From: the human T2T-CHM13v2.0 reference genome, Homo sapiens
NCBI RefSeq assembly: GCF_009914755.1
Contig: NC_060947.1
Strand: one strand, 5' to 3'
Length of the DNA stretch: 64,000 nucleotides
Shown here piece after piece: positions 28,489 to 44,825 of this stretch (its first letter is position 1; each line of letters opens with the position of its first letter). Under the pieces are notes generated by a model. The model searched no databases and was not told the DNA's origin. It saw only the letters and a program-made list of their open reading frames with translations. Both the position numbers and the translations under genes were made by a program.

Positions 28489-28908
28489 TGATATGGTTTG
28501 GATCTGTGTTCCAGCCCAAATCTCATGTTCAATTGCAACCTCCAGTGTTGGAGGTGGGGCTTAGTGGGAGGTGACTGGATCATGAGGGTGGTTTCTCATG
28601 GTTTAACACCATCCTCCTTGTTGTTGTCATGGCGATAGTGAGTTATCATGGATCTGGTTGTTTTAAGGTGTGTGGCACCTTCCCCTTCTCTTTCTCATCC
28701 TCCTGCTTCAGCCATGTAAGACAAACCTGGTTCCCCTTAGCCTTCTGCTATGATTGTAAGTTTCCTGAGGTTTCTCCTGAGACCTTCCCAAAAGCTGAGC
28801 AGATTGACAGCATCATGATGCAGAACCGTGAGCCAATTAAACCTCTTTTCAATATAAATTACCCATCTCAGGTATTTCTTTATAGCAATGTGAGAAAAGA
28901 TTAATACA
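28489..28908 (+). mobile_element. MSTA-like MaLR solo LTR
   Basis: TGATATGGTTTGGATCTGTG...AATTAAACCTCTTTTC...TAATACA. Confidence 0.9.
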
Positions 28909-29806
28909 CATATCATGATGATTATTTAAATCAGGAAACTAAGGAGAGCTTATGTAAAAGCAGGGAGACAATTTTGTTATCTCCTGATCAGTAGCCAATT
29001 CTGGAATTAGAGGTTTTGTTTGTTTTACATTTTGTCCCAATGCCTCCAGAACTCTGGATGTTCTAATCTCCTTCAACCCTGATAGTACATGTGCTCTAAT
29101 GAAGTGTTCAAGAATTTTTCTTTTAAATTACTACCTGTACATATTTTCATCATATTATTGAACTTTTAGAACACATTCTAAATGAAAATAATACTAGTGA
29201 TTATACTGAAACAGGGGAGAAAACATTCACTAACTACATATCAGATATAGCGTTAACATCCATGATTTCTGAAGAACACTTGCTAACAAAATGGTTAGTA
29301 ACCAATTTCAACAGATAATTCAAATAAATATATATGTGAAACGCAAACATGTTAAATATGCTAAAATCATAAGAACTAATAAGATTATTAGTTATCACTA
29401 ATAACAATATTAAGTGAAAAAGGATAGTTGCAATAGAAGCTGAATACTGTGATTTCACTTTTGGAGCAGACTGTGTGTGTAGGTGAACGTGTTTATGTGC
29501 ACCTCACCTGCAGGGACACATCTGGAGAGTATGCACCATTCTATGGAAACAGACCCCTTGGGAGTCAGGGGATAGAAGTAGGGCCAGTGAGAGGTGCAGA
29601 TTAATTTTGATTTATGAATATATGTTTGTAAATTGTTTGAAATCGGTGTTCAGGAAAAAAAGTATTTTGATAAAAATTTGAAAACAAAAAATACTTGTGA
29701 ACAGAATGACTAATGTAATGTGCACATATATTCATTAATTTGAAAAAGCATTCATTGTATTCCATTTTTGGTGAAAGACGTAGAGTTTTAAAACTGAATT
29801 GACAGT

Positions 29807-29836
29807 GTAGTGTGTGTGTGTGTGTGTGTGTGTGTG
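29807..29836. repeat. (TG)n microsatellite
   Basis: TG run followed by (TCTG)n. Confidence 0.9.
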
Positions 29837-31253
29837 TCTGTCTGTCTTCTCTAGCTCTATCACCTCGAATACACACTCACAGTTTCAATTTTACCTTCAA
29901 TTCAGACAGAGGCTGGAACCGATCTCAGTTTTAGATAGCCCTAGAAATGAGAGATACAGAGAGATGGCTACCATTAGGAGAATAATTCCAGAAAACGCTG
30001 GCTGATTACCATTAAGTCAAGATCCCAACCTTCATCCCTCCCTACTCCTTGCTGACTCCCCTGATCTGACTCCCAGAGCTTCAATCCTGGCTCTGGTCAC
30101 CAGGCGCGATGCTTCTCCAGTTTGCTCTTTATCATCTTGTAATGGTGTGTGTACTAAGATAGCAATTCTTTTTGGAAAATTAACATGTATATTAAAGCCT
30201 TTCCCTTTGCTGTTGGCACCAAATCTATATCACATTCATTCATTTATCTCTTCCCTCCTCAGCGTAGGTTGAGATGTCTACACTTTAGGAGGGTCCCTCC
30301 CAGAGAACAGGGCACTCACCCTCCATTATCCCACCCTTGTACAGGCTTCCCAGACCTTCTGCTGCCCCCTCTCAGTGATCCCCTCTCCAGGACACAAGGG
30401 ACACAGCCGCCCAGACCCCACTCTGTCACCCCCATCCTCTGCCAGTCACCTCCTGCTACCCTGCACTGCCCTTTGCCTGTTGGAGACTACCAAGGTGCAC
30501 TAAAGCTGCCTGGTGTTTCATGGTATGGATGTCCCAGAGTACATGCTTTTACAGTCTTATTTACACCTATCTGGGTTTTTTTCTGACAGAATTATAATTG
30601 CTCTGTACTTCAGTTCATAAACTGGGTTTTAAGGGAGGTTATCTTTTTTTACACTTCATTGTAGAGAAGTTTGATAATACTGGTACGTTGATGTCGCCTT
30701 GTGACAGAAGCCTGAACTGCAGTTTAAACATCGCTGAGCAGAAAGGTGGAGGGGTTGTAACCCAAGCCCACCCTACAGAGCTTTCTGGAAGTCTTCGTGA
30801 AAAGGAGGTCATTCCAAGTATATAAGGATACTGAGCATCTTCCAACAGAAACTGCAACCTATTAGGGTGCTGAAGAGAAAGCTTTATGTGAGAGAAAAAG
30901 AGTATTTTAATTTATATTCTTTGAGACCTGTGGATAAATATCTATAGACGTGTATACGCACAAATGGATCCAAGCCACTTAGGACTTTGTAACCTGATTT
31001 TGCCTTTATTATGACAATTATTGTATGTAAATACATTTCTATCATCACATTTTAAATTATTTTACAACTTTTTAAAATATCAACCAGGTGTTTCATTATA
31101 CAGAGGCCCCCAAACTTATTTCATTAGTATCCCAGAGATAAAAATTTAGTTTATATTTTTACGACAAACAATAGTACACTTAACATCCTTGCTCATATAT
31201 ATGCAAAAACTTTGTAAGCACTTCTTTATAAGTTTCTAAAAATAATTTTCAGG

Positions 31254-33414
31254 TTTTTTTCTTCAACTTTTGTTTTAATTTCACGGGTACATGTGCCAAA
31301 TGTATAGGTTTGTTACATAGGTAAACGTGCGCCATGGTGGTTTTGCTGCACAGATCATGCCATCACCTAGGTATTAAGCCCAGCATCCTTTAGCTATTCT
31401 TCCTGATGTTCTCCCTCCCCCTCCCGACAGGCCCCAGTGTGTGTTCTCCCACCACTGTGTGTCCACGTGTTCTCATCATTCAGCTCCTACTTATAAGTGA
31501 GAACATGTTTGGTTTTCTGTTCCTGCGTTAGTTTGCTGAGGATAATGGCTTTGGTTTGTCAGAATTTTATTTAGGATTTTTGCATAGATGTTCATAGGGA
31601 TGTTGGCCTGAAGTTTTCTTTTTTTTGTTTTATTTCTGCCAGGTTTTGGTATCAGGATGATGCTGGCCTCATAGAATGAGTTAGGGAGGAGTCTCTCCTT
31701 TTCAATTGTTTGGAGTAGTCTCAGAAGAAATGGTACCAGCTCTTCTTTGTGTTTCTGGTAGAATTCAGCTGTGAATCTGTCTGGTCCCAGACTTTTTTTT
31801 TTTAATTTGTAGGCTGTTTATTGCTGCCTCGATTTCAGAACTCGTTAATGGTCTCGTCAGTGATTCAACTTCTTCCTGGTTCAGTCTTGGGAGGTTGTAT
31901 GTGTCTAGGAGTTTCTCCATTTCTTCTAGATTTTCTAGTTTTAAGTGCATAGAGGTATTTATTGTATTATCTGATGGTTGTTTGTATTTCTGTGGGGTCA
32001 GTGGTGGTATTTCCCTTATTATTTCTGATTGTGTTTGTTTGATTCTTCTCTCTTTTCTTCTTTATTTGCCTATCTAGCAGTCTATTTTACTTTTTTCACA
32101 AAACCAGCTGCAGATTCATTGATTTTTTGAAGGCTTGTTTGTTTGTTTGTTTGTTTGTTTTTGGATTTTTTTTTTTTGTCTCTACCTCCTTCAGTTCAGC
32201 TCTGATCTTGGTTATGTCTTGCCTTCTGCTAGCTTTGGGTTTTGTTTTGTTTTGTTTTGTTTTTTTCTCTTGGTTCTCTCGTTCTTTTAGTTGAGATGTT
32301 AGGTTGTTAACTTGAGATATTTCTAGCTTTTCGACGTGGGCATTTAGTGCTATAAAATTCCCTCTTAACACTGTTTTAGCTGTGTCTCAGAGATTCTGGT
32401 ACATTGTCCTTTTATTCTCATTAGTTTCAAAGAACTTTTTGATTTCTGCCTTAATTTCATTATTTACCCAAGAGTCATTCAGTAGCAGGTTGTTCAACTT
32501 CCATGTGGTTGTGTGGTTTTGAGTGAATTTCTTAATCTTGAGTTCTAATTTAATTGTGCTATGGTCTGAGACACTGTTTATTAGGATTTCAGTTCTTTTA
32601 CATTTGCTGAAGAATGTTTTACTTCCAATTACGTGATCAATTTTAGAGTAAATACCATGTGACAATGAGAAGAATATATATTCTGTTGATTTGGGGTGAA
32701 GAGTTCTATAGATATCTATCAGGTCCACTTGATCCAGAGCTGAGTTCAGGTCCTGAATATCTTTGTTAATTTTCTGTCTCAATGATCAGTCTAATATTGA
32801 CAGTGGGGTGTTAAAGTCTCACACTCTTGCTGTGGTGGAAGATAAGTCTCTGTAGATCTCTAAGAACTTGCTTTATGAATCTGGGTGCTCCTGTATTAGA
32901 TGCATATATATTTAGGATAATTAGCTCTTCTTGTTGAATTGAACCCTTTGCCATTATGTAATACCCTTCTTTGTCTTTTTTGATCTTTGTTGGTTTAAAG
33001 TCTGTTTTTATTTTTTATGTTTGTTTGTTTGTTTTTTCAGAAAGTAGGATTGCAACCCCTGCTTTTTTCTGCTTTCCATTTGCTTGGTAAATTTTCCTCC
33101 ATCCCTTTATTTTGAGCCTATGTGTGTCTTTGCACATGAGATGGGTCTCTTGAAGACAGTATACTGAGGGGTCTTGGCTCTTTACCCGCCCTGCCTTTCT
33201 GTGTCTTTTAATTGGGGCATTTAGCCTGTTTACATTTAAGGTTAGCATTGTTATATGTGAATTTGATCCTGTCATCATAATGCTAGGTGGTCATTTTGCA
33301 GACTTATTTATGTAGTTGCTTCATAGTGTCACTGGTCTGTGTACTTTAGTGTGTTTTTGTAGTGGCTAGTAATGGTTTTCCTTTCCATATTTAGTGATTC
33401 CTTCAGGAGCTCTT
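31254..33414 (-). mobile_element. Older L1PA (about PA10-13) with an internal deletion of about 2.1 kb; cut off in the end of ORF1
   Basis: 3'UTR 31254-31550 is fused directly to mid-ORF2. EN domain peptides (MMTGSNSHITMLTLNVN, 33015-33278). Ends at CTTCAGGAGCTCT. Confidence 0.88.
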
Positions 33415-33635
33415 TCTTTTTTTTATTATTATTATACTTTAAGTTTTATGGTACATATGCACAATGTGCAGGTTAGTTACATATGTATACATGTGCCATG
33501 CTGGTGTGCTGCACCCATTAACTCGTCATTTAGCATTAGGTATATCTCCTAAAGCTATCCCTCCCCCCTCCCCCCATGCCACAACAGTCCCCAGAGTGTG
33601 ATGTTCCCCTTCCTGTGTCCATGTGTTCTCATTGT

Positions 33636-37462
<3,827 letters not shown>

Positions 37463-37525
37463 TATGATGTTAGCTGGTTATTTTGCTCGTTAGTTGATGC
37501 AGTTTCTTCCCAGTCTCGATGGTCT

Positions 37526-38539
37526 TTACATTTTGGCATGATTTTGCAGGGGCTGGTACTGGTTTTTCCTTTCCATGTTTAGTGCTTCCTTCAGGAGCTC
37601 TTTTAGGGCAGACCTGGTGGTGACAAAATCTCTCAGCATTTGCTTGTCTGTAAAGTATTTTATTTCTCCTTCACTTAAGAAGCTTAGTTTGGCTGGATAT
37701 GACATTCTGGGTTGAAAATTCTTTTCTTTAAGAATGTTAAATATTGGTCCCCACTGTCTTCTGGCTTGTAGAGTTTCTGCCGAGAGATCCACTGTTAGTC
37801 TGATGGGCTTCCCTTTGTGGGTAACCCGACCTTTCTCTCTGGCTGCCCTTAACATTTTTTCCTTCATTTCAACTTTGGTGAATCTGACAATTATGTGTTT
37901 TGGAGTTGCTCTTCTCGAGGAGTATCTTTGTGGCGTTCTCTGTATTTCCTGAATCTGAATATTGGCCTGCCTTGCTAGATTGGGGAAGTTCTGGATAATA
38001 TCCTGCAGAGTGTTTTCCAACTTGGTTCCATTCTTCCCGTCATTTTCAGGTACACCAATCAGACGCAGATTTGGTCTTTTCACATAGTCCCATATTTCTT
38101 GGAGGCTTTGTTCGGTTCTCTTTATTCTTTTTTCTCTAAACTTCTCTTGTCACTTCATTTCATTCATTTGATCTTCCATCACTGATACCCTTTCTTCCAG
38201 TTGATTGCATTGGCTCCTGAGGCTTCTGCATTCTTCATGTAGTTCTCAAACCTTGGCTTTCAGCTCCATCAGCTCCTTTAAGCACTTCTCTGTATTGGTT
38301 ATTCTAGTTATACATTCGTCTAAATTTTTTTCAAAGTTTTTAACTTCTTTGCCTTTGGTTTTAATTTTCTCCTGTAGCTTGGAGTAGTTTGATCATTGGA
38401 AGCCTTCTTCTCTCAACTCGTCAAAGTCATTCTCCGTCCAGCTTTGTTCCGTTGCTGGTGAGGAACTGCATTCCTTTGGAGGAGGAGAGGAGCTCTGCTT
38501 TTTAGAGTTTCCAGTTTTTCTGTTCTGTTTTTTCCCCAT
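37526..38539 (-). pseudogene. L1 ORF1p, inactivated by premature TGA stops
   Basis: MGKKQNRKTGNSKKQS... stop at about codon 49 (CGA>TGA). The C-terminal 185 aa remain open (37526-38083). Confidence 0.92.
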
Positions 38540-39580
38540 CTTTGTGGCTTTATCTACTTTTGGTCTTTGACGGTGGTGATGTACAGATGGGTTTTTGGTG
38601 TGGATGTCCTTTCTGTTTGTTAGTTTTCCTTCTAACAGACAGGACCCTCAGCTGCAGGTCTGTTGGAGTTTGCTAGAGGTCCACTCCAGACCCTGTTTGC
38701 CTGGGTATCAGCAGCGGTGTCTGCGGAACTGCGGATTTTCGTGATCCGCAAATGCTGCTGTCTGATCGTTCCTCTGGAAATTTTGTTTCAGAGGAGTACC
38801 CGGCCGTGTGAGGTGTCAGTCTGCCCCTACTGGGGGGTGCCTCCCAGTTAGGCTGCTTGGGGGTCAGGGGTCAGGGACCCACTTGAGGAGGCAGTCTGCC
38901 CATTCTCAGATCTCCAGTTGCTTGCTGGGAGAACCACTGCTCTCCTCAAAGCTGTCAGACAGGGACATTTAAGTCTGCAGAGGTTACTGCTGTCTTTTTG
39001 TTTGTCTGTGCCCTGCCCCCAGAGGTGGAGCCTACAGAGGCAGGCAGGCCTCCTTGAGCTGTGGTGGGCTCCACCCAGTTCGAGCTTCCCGGCTGCTTTG
39101 TTTACCTAAGCGAGCCTGGGCAATGGCGGGCACCCCTCCCCTAGCCTCGCTGCTGCTTGCAGTTTGATCTCAGACTGCTGTGCTAGCAATCAGCCAGACT
39201 CCGTGGGCTTAGGACCCTCTGAGCCAGGTGTGGGATATAATCTCCTGGTGCGCTGTTTCCTAAGCCTGTCGGAAAAGCGCAGTATTCAGGTGGGAGTGAC
39301 CCGATTTTCCAGGTGCCTTCTGTCACCCCTTTCCTTGACCAGGAAAGGGAACTCCCTGACCCCTCGCGCTTCCCGAATGATGCAATGCCTCGCCCTGCTT
39401 CGGCTGGCGCACAGTGCACTGCACCCACTGTCCGGCGCCCACTGTCTGGCACTCCCTGGTGAGATGAACCCGGTACCTCAGATGGAAATGCAGAAATCAC
39501 CCGTCTTCTGCATCACTCACCCTGGGAGCTGTAGACCGGAGCTGTTCCTATTCAGCCATCTTGGCTCCTCCCCTGTCACC

Positions 39581-39975
39581 GCAGTTTTGTTACATAGGTA
39601 TACACGTGCCATGGTGGTTTGCTGCACCCACTGACCCATCATCTACATTAGGTATTTCTCCAAATGCTATCCCTCCCCTAGTTCCCACCCCCCAACAGGC
39701 CCTGGTGTGTGATGTTCTCCTCTTTGTGTCCATGTGTTCTCATTGTTCAACTCCCACTTACGAGTGAGAACATGCAGTGTTTGGTTTTCTGTTCTTCTGT
39801 TAGTTTGCTGAGAATGATGGTTTCCAGCTTCATCCATGTCCCTGCAAAGGACATGAACTCATCCTTTTTATGGCTGCATAGTATTCCATGGTGTATATGT
39901 GCCATATTTTCTTTATCCAGTCTGTCATTGATGGTCATTCGGGTTGGTTCCAAGTCTTTGCTATTGTGAATAGTG
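39581..39975 (-). mobile_element. L1PA7/8-like 3' fragment lacking its poly(A) end
   Basis: Begins mid-3'UTR at GCAGTTTTGTTACATAGGTATACACGTGCC and ends at CTATTGTGAATAGTG. Confidence 0.88.
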
Positions 39976-40417
39976 TGTGGCTCCATTTTCATACCTTACA
40001 TGCACAGTATCCAATAAATAATTTTCCTAAAGTATCTAAGACAAACATCCCTGCACAAGCACTGTTATTTCTTCCTATTCCTCACCCAAAACAAATCACA
40101 ACTTCCTTCAATAGGCTTAGAATCACAAATATAGTCTCTTATCCTTACTAGTGTATTCCATTTTAACCACTGTTAAAAATTTGGTCTATTGAGTTTTCTG
40201 CAGCTAATTTATGTAGCCATGTCACATTGCAGGGACCTGCAAAAATAATCTCAATGCTTGTACAGCATTAAGTTTGCCTAAGCCAGTAAACTTGAAAAAC
40301 CAGATCAAATTTATTCTGTACATACAGATGAAGCTGCAATTTCCTACACAAATGAGCAAAAGAGGTGGTTGAAATTTTTTTTTTAAAAAATCTATAACGT
40401 ATATATTTCCCTTTTTC

Positions 40418-42420
40418 TGGATGTTCTGGCCAGGCAAGAGAAAGAAATAAAGGATATTCAAATAGGAGGCAAGGAAGTCAGATTGTCTCTGTTTGCAGAT
40501 GACATAATTCTATATCTAGAAAACCCCATCATCTCAGCCCAAAAGCTTCTTAAGCTGATAAACAACTCCAGCAAAGTCTCAAGATACAAAATCAATATGT
40601 AAAAATCACAAGCATTCCTATACACCACCAATAGGCAAGCAGAGAGCCAAATCATGAGTGAACTCCCATTCACAATTGCTACAAAGAGAATAAAATACCT
40701 GGGAATACAGCTAACAAGGGAAGTGAAGGACCTCTTCGAGGAGAACTACAAACCACCACTCGACGAAATCAGAGAGGACACAAACAAATGGAAAAATGTT
40801 CCATCCTATGGATAGGAAGAATCAGTGTTGTGAAAATGGCCATACTACCCAAAGTAATTTGTAGATTCAATGCTATTCCCATTAAGCTACCATTGATATT
40901 CTTCACAGTATTAGAAAAAAAATTATCTGGAACCAAAATCAGCCCATATAGCCAAGAAAATCATAAGCAAAAAGAACAAGGCTGAAGGCATCATGCTACC
41001 TGACTTTAAACTATACTACAAGGCTACAGTAACCAAAACAGCATGGTACTGGAACCAAAACAGATATATAGACCAATGGGACAGAACAGAGGCCTCAGAA
41101 ATAACACCACATATCTACAACCATCTGATGTTTGACAAACCTGACAAAAACAAGAAATGGGGAAAGGATTCCCTATTTAATAAATGGTGCTGGGAAAACT
41201 GGCTAGCCATATGTAGAAAGCTGAAACTGGATCCCTTCCTTACACCTTATACAAAAATTAATTCAAGATGGATTAAAGATTTAAATGTCAGACCTAAAAC
41301 CATAAAAACCCTAGAAGGAAACCTAGGCAATACCATTCAGGACACAGGCATGGGCAAGGACTTCATGACTATAACACCAAAAGCAATGGCAACAAAAGCC
41401 AAAATTGACTAATGGGATCTAATTAAACTAAATAGCTTGTGCACAGCAAAAGAAACTACCACCAGAGTGAACAGGCAACCTACAGAATGGGAGAAAATTT
41501 TTGCAATCTACCCATCTGACAAAGGGCTAATATCCAGAATCTATAAAGAACTTAAACAAATTTACAAGAAAAAAAACAAACAACCCCATCAAAAAGTGGG
41601 CAAAGGATATGAACAGACACTTCTCAAAAGAAGACATTTATGCAGCCAACAGACACATGAAAAAAATGCTCATCATCACTGGTCATCAGAGAAATGCAAA
41701 TCAAAACCACAATGAAATACCATCTCATGCCAGTTAGAATGGTGATCATTAAAAAGTCAGGAAACAACAGATGCTGGAGAGCTTGTGGAGAAATAGGAAT
41801 GCTTTGACACTGTTGGTGGGAATGTAAATTCATTCAACCATTGTGGAAGACAATGTGGCAATTCCTCAAGGATCTAGAACTAGAAATACCATTTGATCCA
41901 ATGATTCCATTACTGGATATACACCCAAATGATTATAAATCATTCTACTATAAAGACACACACACGCATATGTTTATTGTGGCACTATTCACAATAGCAA
42001 AGACTTGGAACCAACCCAAATGTCCATCAATGATAGACTGGATTAAGAAAATGTGGCACATATACACCATGGAATTCTATGCAGCCATAAAAAAGGATGA
42101 GTTCATGTCCTTTGCAGGGATGTGAATGAAGCCGGAAACCATCATTCTCAGCAAACTATCACAAGGACAGAAAACCAAACACCGCATGTTCTAGCTCATA
42201 GGTGGGAATTGAACAATGAGAACAGTTGGACACAGGGTGGGGAACATCACACACTGGGGCCTGTCGAGGGGTGGGGTGCTGGGGGAGGGATAGTATTAGG
42301 AGAAATACTTAATGTAAATGATGAGTTGATGGGTGCCACAAACCAACATGGCACATGTATACCTATGTAACAAACCTGCACGTTGTGCACATGTACCCTA
42401 GAACTAAAAGTGTAATAACA
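40418..42420 (+). mobile_element. 5'-truncated L1PA6-like LINE-1 with 33-bp TSD
   Basis: ORF2 RT/C-terminal peptides and a PA6-like 3'UTR (AATGTAAATGATGAGTTGATGGGTGC). TSD 40385-40417 / 42421-42453. Confidence 0.92.
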
Positions 42421-42929
42421 AAAAAATCTATAATGTATATACTTCCCTTTTTCCTTTCTCTCTCCTTTCTGGGGAGGTACAGACAGAATACAAATACAAT
42501 AAAGTCTAATTAATTCAGATTTTATTCTTTTAGATATATTTTTAATTCAGGCAAGAATCAGATATGATCATTCTGAAGGCTCCTATGTTAAAAAAAAAGT
42601 CAGGTATGGCATTTAAACTTTGCGATATTTCCTTTTTTAGTGTTTATTTTCAAAAAAGAAGTTTTCAACTAAGATCTAGGATTTCATACTCTATTTCATA
42701 TATAAACGATGATACTAGTGGTAAATTTCTATCTATACATTTCCTGTGGTCTTTGATTTAATTGTATTTAATTGGTTCTAATTACTGATAAAACCTGAAA
42801 TTATTTAAATGGAACTCCAAAAAGATCATCATCCATGATCTCAAATTTTCAGTAACTGGGAATAGCTTTCCAGTAAGTCTGTATTAGTAAGGCTGAATTA
42901 ATATTAATTTTTTGGCGGGGGGACCTGTG

Positions 42930-43475
<546 letters not shown>

Positions 43476-44010
43476 ATTTTTTTTTCAAAATTAATTAATT
43501 AAAGCTGACTTTTGAAGTTTAATTTACTTAAGGCCTGCTTGAATTTAAATCAACAACACCCATATGCACTGTTTAGGCTCTTGCAGTACTGCCTAGTATA
43601 TGTCTATGGTTGTAGTTTTAGGAAAAACCTATTTTATTCCTAGGTATTAACTTGCTATGTATTAAATTTCATGTGTTATTAGAAAAAAGGCATAAAATTG
43701 GCACATTAAAGAGGAGTAGGGCCACCTAAAGTGCTTGTGTGCTATGGAAGGTCACCTGGAACCATCACCATCAATAGGGAGCCCAATAATGTGGACAATC
43801 TCAAATCTCCAGGTCTCATGAACAGAATGGTCCATGAGACATGCAGATCACAAGGACCCTTTCAGGCACATGACACTGTTAGTTCCTAATGCTGTGAGTC
43901 AGGTGAATCTTGCAGCCCTTTGGACCCCACTCCACTGTCATGTGAAAGGCTTAGTTCTATAGGTAACAAGAGCACAGTGGGCTCCTAAACCATGAGAATC
44001 ATGAGGCCAC

Positions 44011-44423
44011 TGATATGCTTTGGATGTTTGTTCCCTCCAAATCTGATATTAAAATGTGACCCCCTAATGTTGGAGGTAGAGCTTAGTGGTAGGTGCTTGG
44101 GTCATGGGGGGCAGGTCCTTCATGAATGTCTTGGTGCTGTCCTCATGGTAATGAGGAAGTTCTCACTCTATTAGTTCATGTGTGGGCTGATGGTCTAAAA
44201 ACAGCCTGGCATTCCTCCCTCTCTCTTGCTTTCTCTCTTGCCTTGTGATATGCCTGCTCCCCCTTTGCCTTCTGCCACAAGTAAAAGCTTCCTGACCAGA
44301 AGCAAATTGTGGCATCATACTTCTTGTACAGTCTGCAGAACCATGAGCCAAATAAACCTCTTTTATTTATAAATTACCCAACCTCAGATATTCCTTTATA
44401 GCAATGCAAAATGGATGAATACA
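44011..44423 (+). mobile_element. MSTB-like MaLR solo LTR
   Basis: TGATATGCTTTGGATGTTTG...AATAAACCTCTTT...GAATACA. 5-bp TSD GCCAC/ACCAC. Confidence 0.88.
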
Positions 44424-44484
44424 ACCACCAACCTTCAAGTGGAAGGCCCCCAATTTCCCTTTGAAATCGCATTGGTGCCACACC

Positions 44485-44825
44485 ACTGTTGGTCATATGA
44501 ATACTATGGTTATGTACCTTTTTATGGTACATAAATGTTCCCCTACCACAGTCATGTGGCAGGCTGAGCCCTTTCAGTCATGTAAGGACTGTGGGATCCT
44601 AATGTTGTGGGTCCTGTGGATCCTGCTCTTTTATGACCTTCACCATCATGTGGTCCTGGAAGTCACATAGGTGACCTATTGCTGCTGGTCACGTGGATTC
44701 TATGGTCATGTACCAACCTATGGTCACATGAGGTTGAGCCCTCTCAGTCATGTAAAGATCGAGTGCCCCTGAACCTTATTGGTCAGGTGGTTCCCATGGT
44801 TATGTGACCTCCCCTATGGTCCAGG
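44485..44825. repeat. Degenerate interleaved tandem repeat rich in GGTCAYRTG motifs
   Basis: Three copies of an about 45-nt unit (GGTCAYRTG..TATGGTYATGTAC..TATGGT) and two copies of GGYTGAGCCCTYTCAGTCATGTAA (44562, 44732). Confidence 0.75.

Noticed and set aside
27615-30153. Phase-compatible chain of small minus-strand exon candidates (30153-30101, 29940-29895, 28377-28335, from 27850) reading YTHHYKMIKSKLEKHRAWAI*...KRSVMFA*
   Set aside because: Several stops and no recognisable homolog. The RhoGAP-like homology already ends at about 30560 without needing them, so they are probably chance splice-like signals.
39995-42878. Multiple minus-strand AG/GT pairs suggesting a multi-exon structure for the RhoGAP fossil
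   Set aside because: Homology reads straight through the supposed introns with the expected spacing, and one intron would be only 51 nt.
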